NCBI GenBank assembly: GCA_011051635.1
Contig: DRKV01000086.1
Location: 1 to 27,431 of the forward strand
Source of the DNA: Chloroflexota bacterium
Lineage (GTDB): Bacteria; Chloroflexota; Anaerolineae; Anaerolineales; DRKV01
DNA length: 27,431 bases
Direction: 5' to 3'
The notes under the pieces: generated by a model
Told to the model about the DNA's origin: nothing
Database searches by the model: none
The model's input: only the letters and a program-made list of their open reading frames with translations
Position numbers and translations under genes: made by a program
In this document: one piece after another, positions 16,756 to 26,400 of the stretch
How positions within the stretch are numbered: the first letter of the stretch is position 1
How the letters are laid out: every line of letters begins with the position of its first letter

Positions 16756-17612
16756 ACCCGCAAGATACGGGATACAGGAAGAAAACGATGACACGCACCC
16801 TGGACGAACTAACCCCCTTGCTGCAAGCCTTCCCCGAGGAGGAACGCCGCCTGATTTTGGAGCAGGCGGCGCGTTACGACCGCCTTCTGGCGCGACTCCC
16901 TATGGCTGGCGCGGGAGAACGGCGCGAAAAACCCCTCGCGGGCATCCTGGCGCTCAACGGAGCATCGGGCGCGGGGCAGAGTTATGTGATGAAGCGGGTT
17001 GCCCGCCTGCTGGAAGCGCGTTCCATCACCCTGCCTCGCATCTATCTCCTGGCGACGCGCAAGCCGCGTCCCGACGAGGGGTACAAGAACCCTTACATCT
17101 TCGTCGAGGCTGTCGAGGGCGGCTGGAGGGATATCTACCATCCCGAGACGGTTTATCGCCAGGAGGACATCTACTACCGCTATCAATCCCGCCCCGGTGC
17201 GGAGAACGCCATCCTGCTCTCGGATGCGCGCCTGGCGCGGGAGCGCATCATGTACTTGGAAACCGTCATCCCCACCCTGCTGCACATTCGCGAACACACC
17301 ATCAGGGGGATTCCCGCCTGGAAAGACAACCTGCGGATTGTGTACCTGGCCGCTCCGGATGGGTACGAGTGGGTTTACCGTCTGCTCAACCGCGAAGCGG
17401 GGAAACTCGTCGAGGAAGGCTACCGGCGCACGCTTCTGGGCCGGTTGGCCTCCTCGCTGGATGACATGGAACTGGCGGCAGAACACCGCATTCCTTGCGT
17501 GCTGAACCATTACGGCAAAGCCGAGCAGGCCGCCGAAGAAATCCTGAGCGTTTGGGGGTTGGGGGTCACCGCGGCTGCCAGGGAAAATCCGGGGGAAGCG
17601 AAGGGGGGCTAA
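16752..17612 (+). CDS. Guanylate-kinase-like P-loop protein with degenerate Walker A (GASGAGQS), ~286 aa
   Basis: ATGA overlap with the regulator stop (alternative ATG 16788). ILALNGASGAGQS; ATRKPRPDE..NPYIFV resembles GK TTRxPRxGE..YxFV; IVYLAAP and RLLNR resemble the GK core/lid. Confidence 0.7.
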   Translation: MNPQDTGYRKKTMTRTLDELTPLLQAFPEEERRLILEQAARYDRLLARLPMAGAGERREKPLAGILALNGASGAGQSYVMKRVARLLEARSITLPRIYLLATRKPRPDEGYKNPYIFVEAVEGGWRDIYHPETVYRQEDIYYRYQSRPGAENAILLSDARLARERIMYLETVIPTLLHIREHTIRGIPAWKDNLRIVYLAAPDGYEWVYRLLNREAGKLVEEGYRRTLLGRLASSLDDMELAAEHRIPCVLNHYGKAEQAAEEILSVWGLGVTAAARENPGEAKGG

Positions 17613-18552
17613 TCCAGCGCAACCAGCCGTGCGGCGTAGGGCGCGGCGGGTTGCGGTCTATGCTCGCCAGGAGGATGTTTACCATCAGGAGGATAGCCCC
17701 CGTCCATTGCAAAACGGTCAGGCGCTCGTGCAGAAGGAGGTGCGCTCCCAGCACGGTCACCAGCAATTCCCCCAGCCCAATCAGGGCGGTTTGCATTCCT
17801 CCCAAGTGTTTGACCCCCAGGAAGAGTGTCAGACGAGACACAAACGTCACCAGCGTCAAACCCAGAACGGCGCCCCAGGCTTGGGGCTGAGGCTCCGGAA
17901 TGACTTTCCCGAAACTGGTGAACAGGTAGGCCGAAAGCACCACCATGCTCATCGAGAGCAGAGTGTAGAGCGTCACGGTTGGGGCGGGCATGTCGTAGAG
18001 GACACGCTGGTTGATGGGGAGATGCAGGGCGTAGAGCGCCGAGGCTCCCAACATCAGGAAGATGCCAACCCAGTCCACCTGCCCCGAGGCGGTCTGTAAG
18101 AGCAGATAAACGGCGGGGATAGCCAGCATCAGGCGGGCGATGGTGATACGGTTCGGGGGTTGACCGTCCAGCCACAACCATCCGGCCACAAAAAGGGGGT
18201 AAATGGAATACAGCAGTTGCCCTAAACTGGCATCGATGCGCCCCAATGCACTGTAAAAGAGCAGAGAACCCAGCCCGTTGACTCCCCCGGCCAGGGCGCA
18301 GCCCAACAGCCCGGCGGGATAAATGTACAGATAACTGCGTTTGAAGAGCAGTAAACTGAGCGCAAGCAGCAGCGCAGCCAGGATGGTACGCAACGCCACA
18401 ACCGTCAGCGGATGCATCCCAAAGACGATGGCTTGTTTCCCGAAGACAGGAGTCATCCCCATGAAAAGCGCCGATGCAAGGGCCGCTCCCAGCCCTTGCA
18501 TCCGTTTTTTTTCTTGGTGGCGGTCGTGTCCCTGGGCGGTCTTACTCATCAT
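17566..18552 (-). CDS. DMT/EamA family transporter
   Basis: About 10 hydrophobic helices in two repeats; ALRTILA, LLFYSALGRIDASLGQLLYSIYPLFVA, FLGVKHLG...LLLHERLTVLQWTGAILL. Start uncertain (18552, 18549 or 18501). Confidence 0.9.
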   Translation of the reverse strand: MMSKTAQGHDRHQEKKRMQGLGAALASALFMGMTPVFGKQAIVFGMHPLTVVALRTILAALLLALSLLLFKRSYLYIYPAGLLGCALAGGVNGLGSLLFYSALGRIDASLGQLLYSIYPLFVAGWLWLDGQPPNRITIARLMLAIPAVYLLLQTASGQVDWVGIFLMLGASALYALHLPINQRVLYDMPAPTVTLYTLLSMSMVVLSAYLFTSFGKVIPEPQPQAWGAVLGLTLVTFVSRLTLFLGVKHLGGMQTALIGLGELLVTVLGAHLLLHERLTVLQWTGAILLMVNILLASIDRNPPRPTPHGWLRWISPPSLPPDFPWQPR

Positions 18553-18605
18553 GGACGCCGGACGCGTGGTATCGTCGTGGGGATGTCATCTGGAGGTGCA
18601 TACAT

Positions 18606-20285
18606 CTATTCATCTACCAGCGAGCGGATTTCATCGGCTAAATCATCGCTCATGAACTCCCCTTTCTGCATCAGGGAGTGCACTTGTCCTTTCAGGCGGC
18701 GTTTCTCCGCCGGCGTGAGCGTCTTGGCCGTTACCACGATGACGGGGATTTCGGCGGTCTCTTCGTTTTCCTTGAGGGCGTCCAGCACGCCAAAGCCGTC
18801 CACTTCGGGCATCATCAAATCGAGAATCATCAAGTCCGGCTTCTCCCTGCGCGCCAGTTCGATGGCCTGGCGTCCATTCTCGGCCTCGAAGATGGTGAAG
18901 TCTCCCTGGGCTTGCAGGATGCGCCGAATCAGGCGGCGGGCGTCGGCAGTGTCGTCCACGATAGCGACCCGCGGGTAGCGGTCAGCGGTGAGACGATGGA
19001 GGGCGGAGAGCAGCCCCTCTTCGGGGCCGGGTTCCCGAACCGCGGCGGCCTGCCGCGAAACAACCAGGTTGCGCGCCCATCCCTCTCCGAGAACGGTGCG
19101 CTCGATGGGAATGGTGTGCCCCGTGCAATTGACGACCACAACCTCGTCCGGGCGAATCTCGCCGTTGCGCACCATGTTGAACAAACCGGCAAAGGCTACT
19201 GCGGTAGCGGGTTCCACCGAAAGCCCTTCCATCTTGGCGAGGATGTGCATGGCCCGGAAGGCTTCCTCGTCGCTCACGCTGGCGAAGGTTCCTCCATACG
19301 TTTTGGCGTGCTGGTAAAGCAGGTTGTAGGTTCGTCCCGGCGCGCCGGTCGCCAGGGTAGCGATGTGGGTGCGCGGTGAGGGGATAGGGGTGGCCTCCGG
19401 CTGGTCGGCCTCCCAGGCCCGCGCCATAGGGGCGCATCCGGCGGTCTGGATGTTAGCCAGGGCGGGGATTTTGTTCACCAAACCCATGGCATACAGTTCG
19501 CGGAAGCCTTTGGCGACCCCTTGCGGCCCCAATCCGCCGCTGACGGACTGGACGTACCAGTCCGGGGCGCGCCACGGGGCGGAGCCGTCTTCCGGGGGCC
19601 CCAGCCTTTGGGTCAGTTGTTCGGATATTTCCAGCGCCAGGGTTTTCATGCCCTCCACGGAGGGGATGGATTTGGAGCCGCGAGAGTAGTAAAGACCGCG
19701 CTGGCGGGCAAACTCGGCGGCCATTTTCTTGGCCTGGTCGTAAGTGGCCGTCACTTTGACCACTTGTGTCCCGTACAAGGCCACCTCGCGCATCTTTTCC
19801 GGCGGCACCAGGCTGGTCAGGAAAGCCCACAACTTGATGCCGGCGCGGGCGGCGTAAGCGGAGAAGGAAATGGCGACGTTTCCCGTGGAGGCCAATACCG
19901 CCTCTGTAATGCCCGCTTCCTTGAGCGCCGAGATTTCCAGGGCGGCCTGGCGGTCTTTGAAGGAATTTGTCGGTCCCTGACGCTCATCCTTGATGTAGAT
20001 GTTTTCGTTGCCCAGCATCATTCCCAGGTTGACCGCCCGTACCAGGGGAGTACCGCCTTCTCCCAGGGTCAGGTCTTCGTTGACGTTTCGGATGGGGAGC
20101 ACTTCCCGATAGCGCCACAAGTTAAAAGGACGTTTTTCCAGGCGCTCAATGAATCCCTCCCGGATGCTTTGGAGGTCGTAATGGGCCTCAAGCCAGATGC
20201 TTCCGCATTTGGGGCAGGCATATTGCATGGGGTGATAGGTGCTGCGGTGTCCGCAGTCCATGCATTGGGCGGTAAAGTGGGACAT
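18606..20285 (-). CDS. Threonine-synthase-like PLP enzyme (N-terminal Zn ribbon) fused to a C-terminal response-regulator receiver domain
   Basis: CMDC...CPKC; WRYREVLP, LGEGGTPL, KDERQGPTNSFKDR (PLP Lys codon 19956-19958), ASTGN, EGMKT, EGLSVEPATA; then VAIVDD, MILDLMMP, IVVTA, MQK (receiver, ~18606-18974). SD AAGGAA at 20292-20297. Confidence 0.92.
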   Translation of the reverse strand: MSHFTAQCMDCGHRSTYHPMQYACPKCGSIWLEAHYDLQSIREGFIERLEKRPFNLWRYREVLPIRNVNEDLTLGEGGTPLVRAVNLGMMLGNENIYIKDERQGPTNSFKDRQAALEISALKEAGITEAVLASTGNVAISFSAYAARAGIKLWAFLTSLVPPEKMREVALYGTQVVKVTATYDQAKKMAAEFARQRGLYYSRGSKSIPSVEGMKTLALEISEQLTQRLGPPEDGSAPWRAPDWYVQSVSGGLGPQGVAKGFRELYAMGLVNKIPALANIQTAGCAPMARAWEADQPEATPIPSPRTHIATLATGAPGRTYNLLYQHAKTYGGTFASVSDEEAFRAMHILAKMEGLSVEPATAVAFAGLFNMVRNGEIRPDEVVVVNCTGHTIPIERTVLGEGWARNLVVSRQAAAVREPGPEEGLLSALHRLTADRYPRVAIVDDTADARRLIRRILQAQGDFTIFEAENGRQAIELARREKPDLMILDLMMPEVDGFGVLDALKENEETAEIPVIVVTAKTLTPAEKRRLKGQVHSLMQKGEFMSDDLADEIRSLVDE

Positions 20286-20322
20286 GCTGGCTTCCTTATG
20301 TTTGGTTATGGTGAAGTTCAGG

Positions 20323-20352
20323 AAGATACTGCGTTGTCAGGGGGGTAAGCAA
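20323..20352 (-). promoter_or_regulatory. Possible sigma70-type promoter TTGCTT-N18-TATCTT upstream of the PLP-REC gene
   Basis: Minus-strand hexamers at 20347-20352 and 20323-20328; weak match only. Confidence 0.2.
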
Positions 20353-20411
20353 TCGCCGCTGTGGCATTGCGAGGGATTGCCAGGCCGCCTTCGGCAACAA
20401 TTGCATTTGGG

Positions 20412-23400
20412 TCAGGATGTGGAACTATCTCTTTCTGCGTTGCCCAGATTGGCAAGCAGTTCTTCAAGATGGTTCAAGAAGTCTTCTTCGTGAAGTTCGG
20501 ATTTGTGGATAAAGGCCTGACTCTTCTCCTTGAGGTAGGCGCGCTGCTCGTCGGTCAGGTCGCCGCCGGTCAGAATGAGAACTGGCAGGTTGTGCAAGCG
20601 CGGGTCGCTGCGGATAGTCTCCAGCAGGGTGAAGCCGTCCAGGTCGTGCATATACAGGTCCAGGATGACGGCATCTGGGGTGCTGCTTTGCAGGACGCTT
20701 AGAGCGGCTTGTCCTCCGGGAGCGAGCATAGGCTCGTAGGCGGTGTGCTCCTCGATGATGCGCTCCACCAGGCGCAAATCGTCGTCGGAGTCATCCACTA
20801 CCAAGACGCGGTGGATGTCGCCGTTTCTATCCAGCCGTTGCAAAGCGCGTACCAGGTCCTCCTCCAGAATAGGTTTGACCAGGTAATCGGTGGCACCCAG
20901 GCTGAAGCCCTTTTCTTCTTCCCGCACGATACTGCATACGAGTACGGGGATGTCCCGGGTTTCGGGGGTGCTCTTCAAGGCTTCCAATACGGCCCAGCCA
21001 TCTATGTTGGGCATCATGATGTCCAGTGTGATGGCGTAGGGATGCAGTTCCCTGGCACGTTCTACGGCCTCAGCCGGGTTGGTGAGGGCTACTACCTGGT
21101 ATCCGTGGTTGCTCAGGTAGCGCTCATACAAGTTGATAACCTGAGTGTTGTCGTCTATAGCGAGAACTACTTTGGGGGCGGGAGATTCTGCTTCCTCGGG
21201 GGCGGCTTGGGGAGCCTCCTCGTCTGGGGGCGCATCCTCTGGTGGAGACGGCGAATCTTCCGGAGAGGTAATGGGCAACGTGAACCAGAAGGTGCTGCCT
21301 TTCCCTACTTCGCTTTCCACGCCAATTTGACCGCCGTGCATTTCGATGAAACGCTTGGAAATGGAGAGGCCCAGGCCGGTGCCGCCCGTCTTGCGGGTAG
21401 GCGACCCGTCCACCTGGGAGAAGGGCTTGAAGAGTTTGCTCTGGTCTTCGGGAGCGATTCCGGGGCCGGTGTCCTCGACGGCGATGTACACTTCCTGCCC
21501 GCCCTTTTGGGAGGGGCGCACTTTGGCAATTACCTTGATATGCCCTTCTTCGACAAACTTGGAGGCGTTGGATATCAGGTTCAGCAACACTTGCCGGACG
21601 CGGGTATTGTCGCCAACCACAACGGGCAGGTTGTCATCGACTTCTCGCAGCAATTGGATGGGCTTGTCCTTGGTCAAGCCAACCGCGGTGGACATGACGC
21701 TCTTCACCATCATGTTGAGGTCAATCTCTTCTTGGGCAATTTCCATCTTGCCCGCCTCAATCTTGGAGAGGTCGAGGATGTCATTGATAAGCGAGAGCAG
21801 GTGCTGTCCGGAATTGTAGATAGCACTCAGGTCTTGTTCTTGCAGTTCGTTGATGGGACCGTCAATGCCCTTCAGGATGACGCGCGAAAAACCGATGATG
21901 GAGTTGAGCGGCGTGCGCAACTCGTGTGACATATTCGCCAGGAACTGAGTCTTGAGGGTGTCCACCTCTTTCAAGCGTTCCGCGGTTTCGCGCTGTTCCT
22001 GATAGAGACGGGCGTTCTCCAGCGATACCGCTGCCGAAGATGCTACTGCCATGGCCAGGTCTAACTGACTTTCGGAGAAATGCCGCTTTTCATCGGGAAC
22101 TTCCACTTCAACAACGCCCAGGGCTTCACCTTTGGCGGCCAGCGGGACGATGAGCAGCGTTTGCAGCCCGTGTTCTCGCATGTAGCGGCGTTCTTCAGGG
22201 TGCAGGTCGGTATCCGATGTGAGCGTGACTGGCTCGAGGGTTTGCAGCACCTCGTCAAGTAATTTGGCCCTCCACAGGTGAGATATTTCTCCTATCTCAT
22301 GGAGGGGGGCAGGGGCATCTTTGCGCCTGTGGATACCAACGATGCGCATCGTCGGACGGTAAACCTCGTTGAATTCGTCATATTCGTTTAGGATGACCGA
22401 CAGAGTACAGGAGGGGGCATCCAACAAGCGGGAAAACTGTTCTGTGATGATGCGAGCCAGCCCTTCGATTTCCAGGGGCGCACTGGAGAGGGTACGGCTG
22501 ATTTCGAACAGCAGGCTCATTTCCTGGGCTCGCTGGTTCGCCAGTTCGTAAGAGCGGGCGTTATCTACGGCGATAGCCAACTGGTCGGAAAGGATTTGCA
22601 GAGCGGGCAGGTCTTCTTGGGTGAAGGCCTGGGGCCGGGTGCTGTGCAAATCTACCACCCCAATGATGCGGTTGCCGACTTGCAGCGGCAGACAAAGTTC
22701 TGAGCGGGATTTTGGCAGGTCCTCAGGTACCGAGAAACGCTCGTCGGTTTGTAAATCATCTACGTTGAGTGTTTGCCCTGTGGAGGTCACCTGCCCAATG
22801 ACCGTGGAGGCCCCAACGACGTGCTGCGTGGCTTTCCTCAGGAGGGCTTCTGCCCCGGCCCCGGCGGCAGAACGGATGACCACGTTTAGCCGAGATTCAT
22901 CCATCAGGTAGATGGCGCCGTGATAGAGGTTGAAACGTTCCCGAATCAGCGTAATGGCGCGGTCCAGCAGTTCTCCCAGGGAGAGAGTGCCGGTGGTCTC
23001 GCGGGCAATTTGTGAGGCGGTCTGCAATTGGAGGGCGCGGCGCTCGCTCTCCTGACGGGCCTCACGTTGAGCCAGGTATGCCCGGCGGCGGGCGACTACT
23101 TCAGCGAGAGGCCGCAGCAAGTTGCGAAGCAGGAAATCTTCTTCTTCGGTGAAACTGTGCGGCTGGCGCCAATTGAGGATGGCAAGCCCCTGGAGCCTCC
23201 CGCCGCTCTGCAGGGCGAGCATAGCCATGCCGCGCATGCCGGCTTGCTTGGCTATCTGGCGGGCGGCGGAGGGAGCCTGGGGGTTCTCCAAAACGTCTTC
23301 GAAAAAGATGGGCGCGTCCAGGCGGATGCTATTCTGGAAGGCCTGCATTTCTTTCGTGAGCAAGTTCACCCGGTAAGGGTTTTCATCGTGAAGCACCTGC

Positions 23401-26400
23401 CCGTCCAGCCAGTGGGCGACTGAATCGGAATAGAGCAACTTCCCCTGCTCGTCGGAGTAAATGTAACGCAAGGTAATCAGGTCGGGGCGGCGTTTCTCAT
23501 CAGCCGCGACCAGGCTCAGGGCAGCCACGATTTCATCTTCGTTGTTGGCTTGCGAGAGCGCGGTTTGCACTTGCGCCAGGTGCTCCAACTGGGCGGCGCG
23601 TTGTTGGGCCGCCTCCGTATTGCGCAGGTTCTGCATGACCGCCGCGGCCTGGACCGCCAGAGTTTGCAGACGACGGAGTTCGTCCTCGGGGAAGCGGGTT
23701 GGCTTGGTGTAAACCGCGTTGATGTAGCCAATCCACTGCCCGGCTGTCAGCAGGGGGACAAAAATGACACTGGTTCCGCCGAGTTCCTGCGTGTAGAGCG
23801 CACGGGTATTCTCGTCCAGCCGGGGGTCGGTGCGCGCATCCTCAATGATGGTAGGCTGGTTAGAGCGCAAGATATGCCGCGCCGCGGGGAATTCGGACAG
23901 GCGGTAACGGACAGGTAAGCCCATTGCTCCTTGGGGACGCCAGAAAGTGTGAGCAATGCTCCATTCGGGCATCTCGTCTATCCAGGGGCGGTTGAAAAGG
24001 TTGATGGAAACCAGGTTGTCAACCTGGCTGAGGATGGTGCGCTCTCGCAAGGCTTCCAGTACGTCCTCGTAAGACTGGGAGGCGTTGAGGGCCGCGCTGG
24101 CCTCGTAAAGGGATTCCGTCTCGCGGAGGCTGGTTTGGGCCTGGTCGAACAAGCGGGCGTTCTGGATGGCGATGGCAACCTGGTCGGCCATGGTTTGCAG
24201 GACGGCGATGTCTTCCTGCGAAAAGGCGTTGGTGAATTCGCTCTGGATGGTCATCGCCCCGATGACCTCGCCGCGGGCAATCAGGGGCAAGGCCAATTCG
24301 GAGCGGGTATCGGGCAGGAGGGGGTTCTGGAAGCGCCCCGTCTCTTGCAAAACGTCCAGCGAAACGCGGGCCTGGCCGTGGGCCACGCACTGTCCAATCA
24401 TGGAAGTTCCGCCGATTTCCAATTTATGCCCGCGTGCCTTCATCTGCAAGCCGGCGACGCCGGTTCCAGCACGTAATACTGCCCAGCGACCGGGTTCCTG
24501 GGTCCACTCTCCCTCTTTGTCCACCAGGAACAGACCGGCGTAGTAGAGGTCAAAACGTTCCTGCACCAGGTTGACGATTTCTTGAATCAGTTCGTTGACA
24601 TCCAGGATGCTGCTGGCGGCACGGGACACTTCGGCAGCCGTCTGGAGTTGGCGGGCACGGCGCTGCGTTTCCTGGAGCAGGTTGTAGTTATCCAGCGCGA
24701 TGCTGGCCTGCACGACGATAGATTCGTAGAACAGGATTTCTCGCTCGGTGAAGGAGTGCGGCTGCTGGTAGGCGACAAGCAGTTGCCCGGGAATGCCGTC
24801 TCTGGTGCGCAGAGGCACGGCGTTCATAGCCGCCACGGAGAATTCAAGCAGCAGAGAGCGCTCTTCGGGAGTGAATTGCGGGTCGTTGGCGACATCGTCG
24901 CTGGTGACGCGCTTCCCTGCCTGTAATTGCCGGGTGTAGGGGTACAGGTCTGTAGGGAATAAAGTGCCGTCCTCAGGCGCCGAGACATTCGGCTGGGTGC
25001 GGTGATAAGCCTGTTCCAGAAACGATTCAGCACCCATGTGTTTGAAGCGCTGGATAGCGGCCACGTCGGGGGCGTTGAATTCCTGGCAGGTTTCCAGCGC
25101 GGCTTCGAAGATACTCTGTTCGCTTTGGGCCTGTACCAGGCTTTGGGTAGCCCGGAAGAGAAGAGTAGCGTCCTGTGCTTGTTGGCGGGTGGTTTCCAGG
25201 TTGCGCAAGTTTTGGATGGCAATAGCGGCCTGGCTGGCTAATGCCATCAGGCGGCGCTGCTCTTTTTCCGGATAAACTCTCCGCTCTCTGGAAATAGAAG
25301 TTGCCATCCCTATCCAGCGCCCTGCTACCACGAGAGGGACGAACATGCCGCTCTTGGCTTTGTAGACCTCCGTGTACAGGTGGCGTAAATTCTCGTCTAC
25401 ATCCGGATGGGTACTGAAATCCTCTATGACGGTGGGGCTGTCCGGATGCAGGAGCTGTTTTGCTGAAGCGAAAGCGCTCAGAGAGTAGCGTTCCTGAAGG
25501 AATCCGGCGGGTACGGACGCGTCTGTGATTTCTCGACCCAGAACTATCCACCACTGGGCGGGATTATCCGGCTCCCAGGGGCGGTCGAAAATGCCGATGT
25601 TGGCGTTGGCATCTCCCGCGCCCAGGATGGTGTGGCGGTACAGCACATCCAGAATGTCGGCGTATGTCTGGGCTGTGTTGAGTTCCGCGCTGGCAGTGTA
25701 GAGCGACTCCGTCTCTTTCAAACTCTCCTGGATTTGCTGGAAGAGACGGGCGTTCTGAATGGCGGTGCTGGCTTGGGCGAGAATGCTTTGAACGGGGCGG
25801 ATTTCATCCGAGCGCAAGGGGCGTTTGGCGGAATGTATCAGAACGTCAACTATCCCGATAACCTCATCGCCCAGCAGGATGGGGAAGAACGCGATGGATA
25901 CGACGCCGGCTTGTTTGAGACGTTCGTGAAGCGGCGCGGTATGGGGGTTGTGCTGGGCATCGGGAACTTCCAGTATCTTTTTGGTTGCCAGAACTTCTTG
26001 AATAGCGGGAAAGCGGTGAATTTCCATGCCCGCCTCGACGGGGCGTACCCCTTTCTCGGTGTGTACGCTGTGGACGACGACGCCGTCTCTTTCCTCGTTG
26101 ACAAGGCCGATGCCTATATCCATCTTCAGGTATTCATGCAGAGCAGATGCGATGGTGTGGAGAGTCTCGTCCAGGTCCAGGGAGGAGGCCAACCGACTTA
26201 CCAGGCGGTTGATAAAGGCCAATTCATCGGTGCGGCGGGTACTTTCCTGGAAGAGACGGGCGTTCTCCAGAGCGTTGGCAATCTGGTCGGCCATTGTTTG
26301 CAGGACGGCGATGTCATCCGGACTGAAGTCGCCCGGACGCTCGCTCTGGAAAGTCATCGCCCCGATGACCTCGCCGCGGGAAATCAGGGGCAGCGCCATT

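Noticed and set aside
18505-18512. A8 homopolymer near the EamA 5' end as a phase-variation switch
   Set aside because: The tract is short, an in-frame ATG follows at 18501, and there is no evidence of length variation.
20349-20397. Overlapping small hairpins (gcaatc/gattgc; ttgcc/ggcaa) between kinase and PLP-REC gene as a terminator or RNA switch
   Set aside because: Stems are short and imperfect with no U-tract on the coding strand; may be a decayed repeat fragment.
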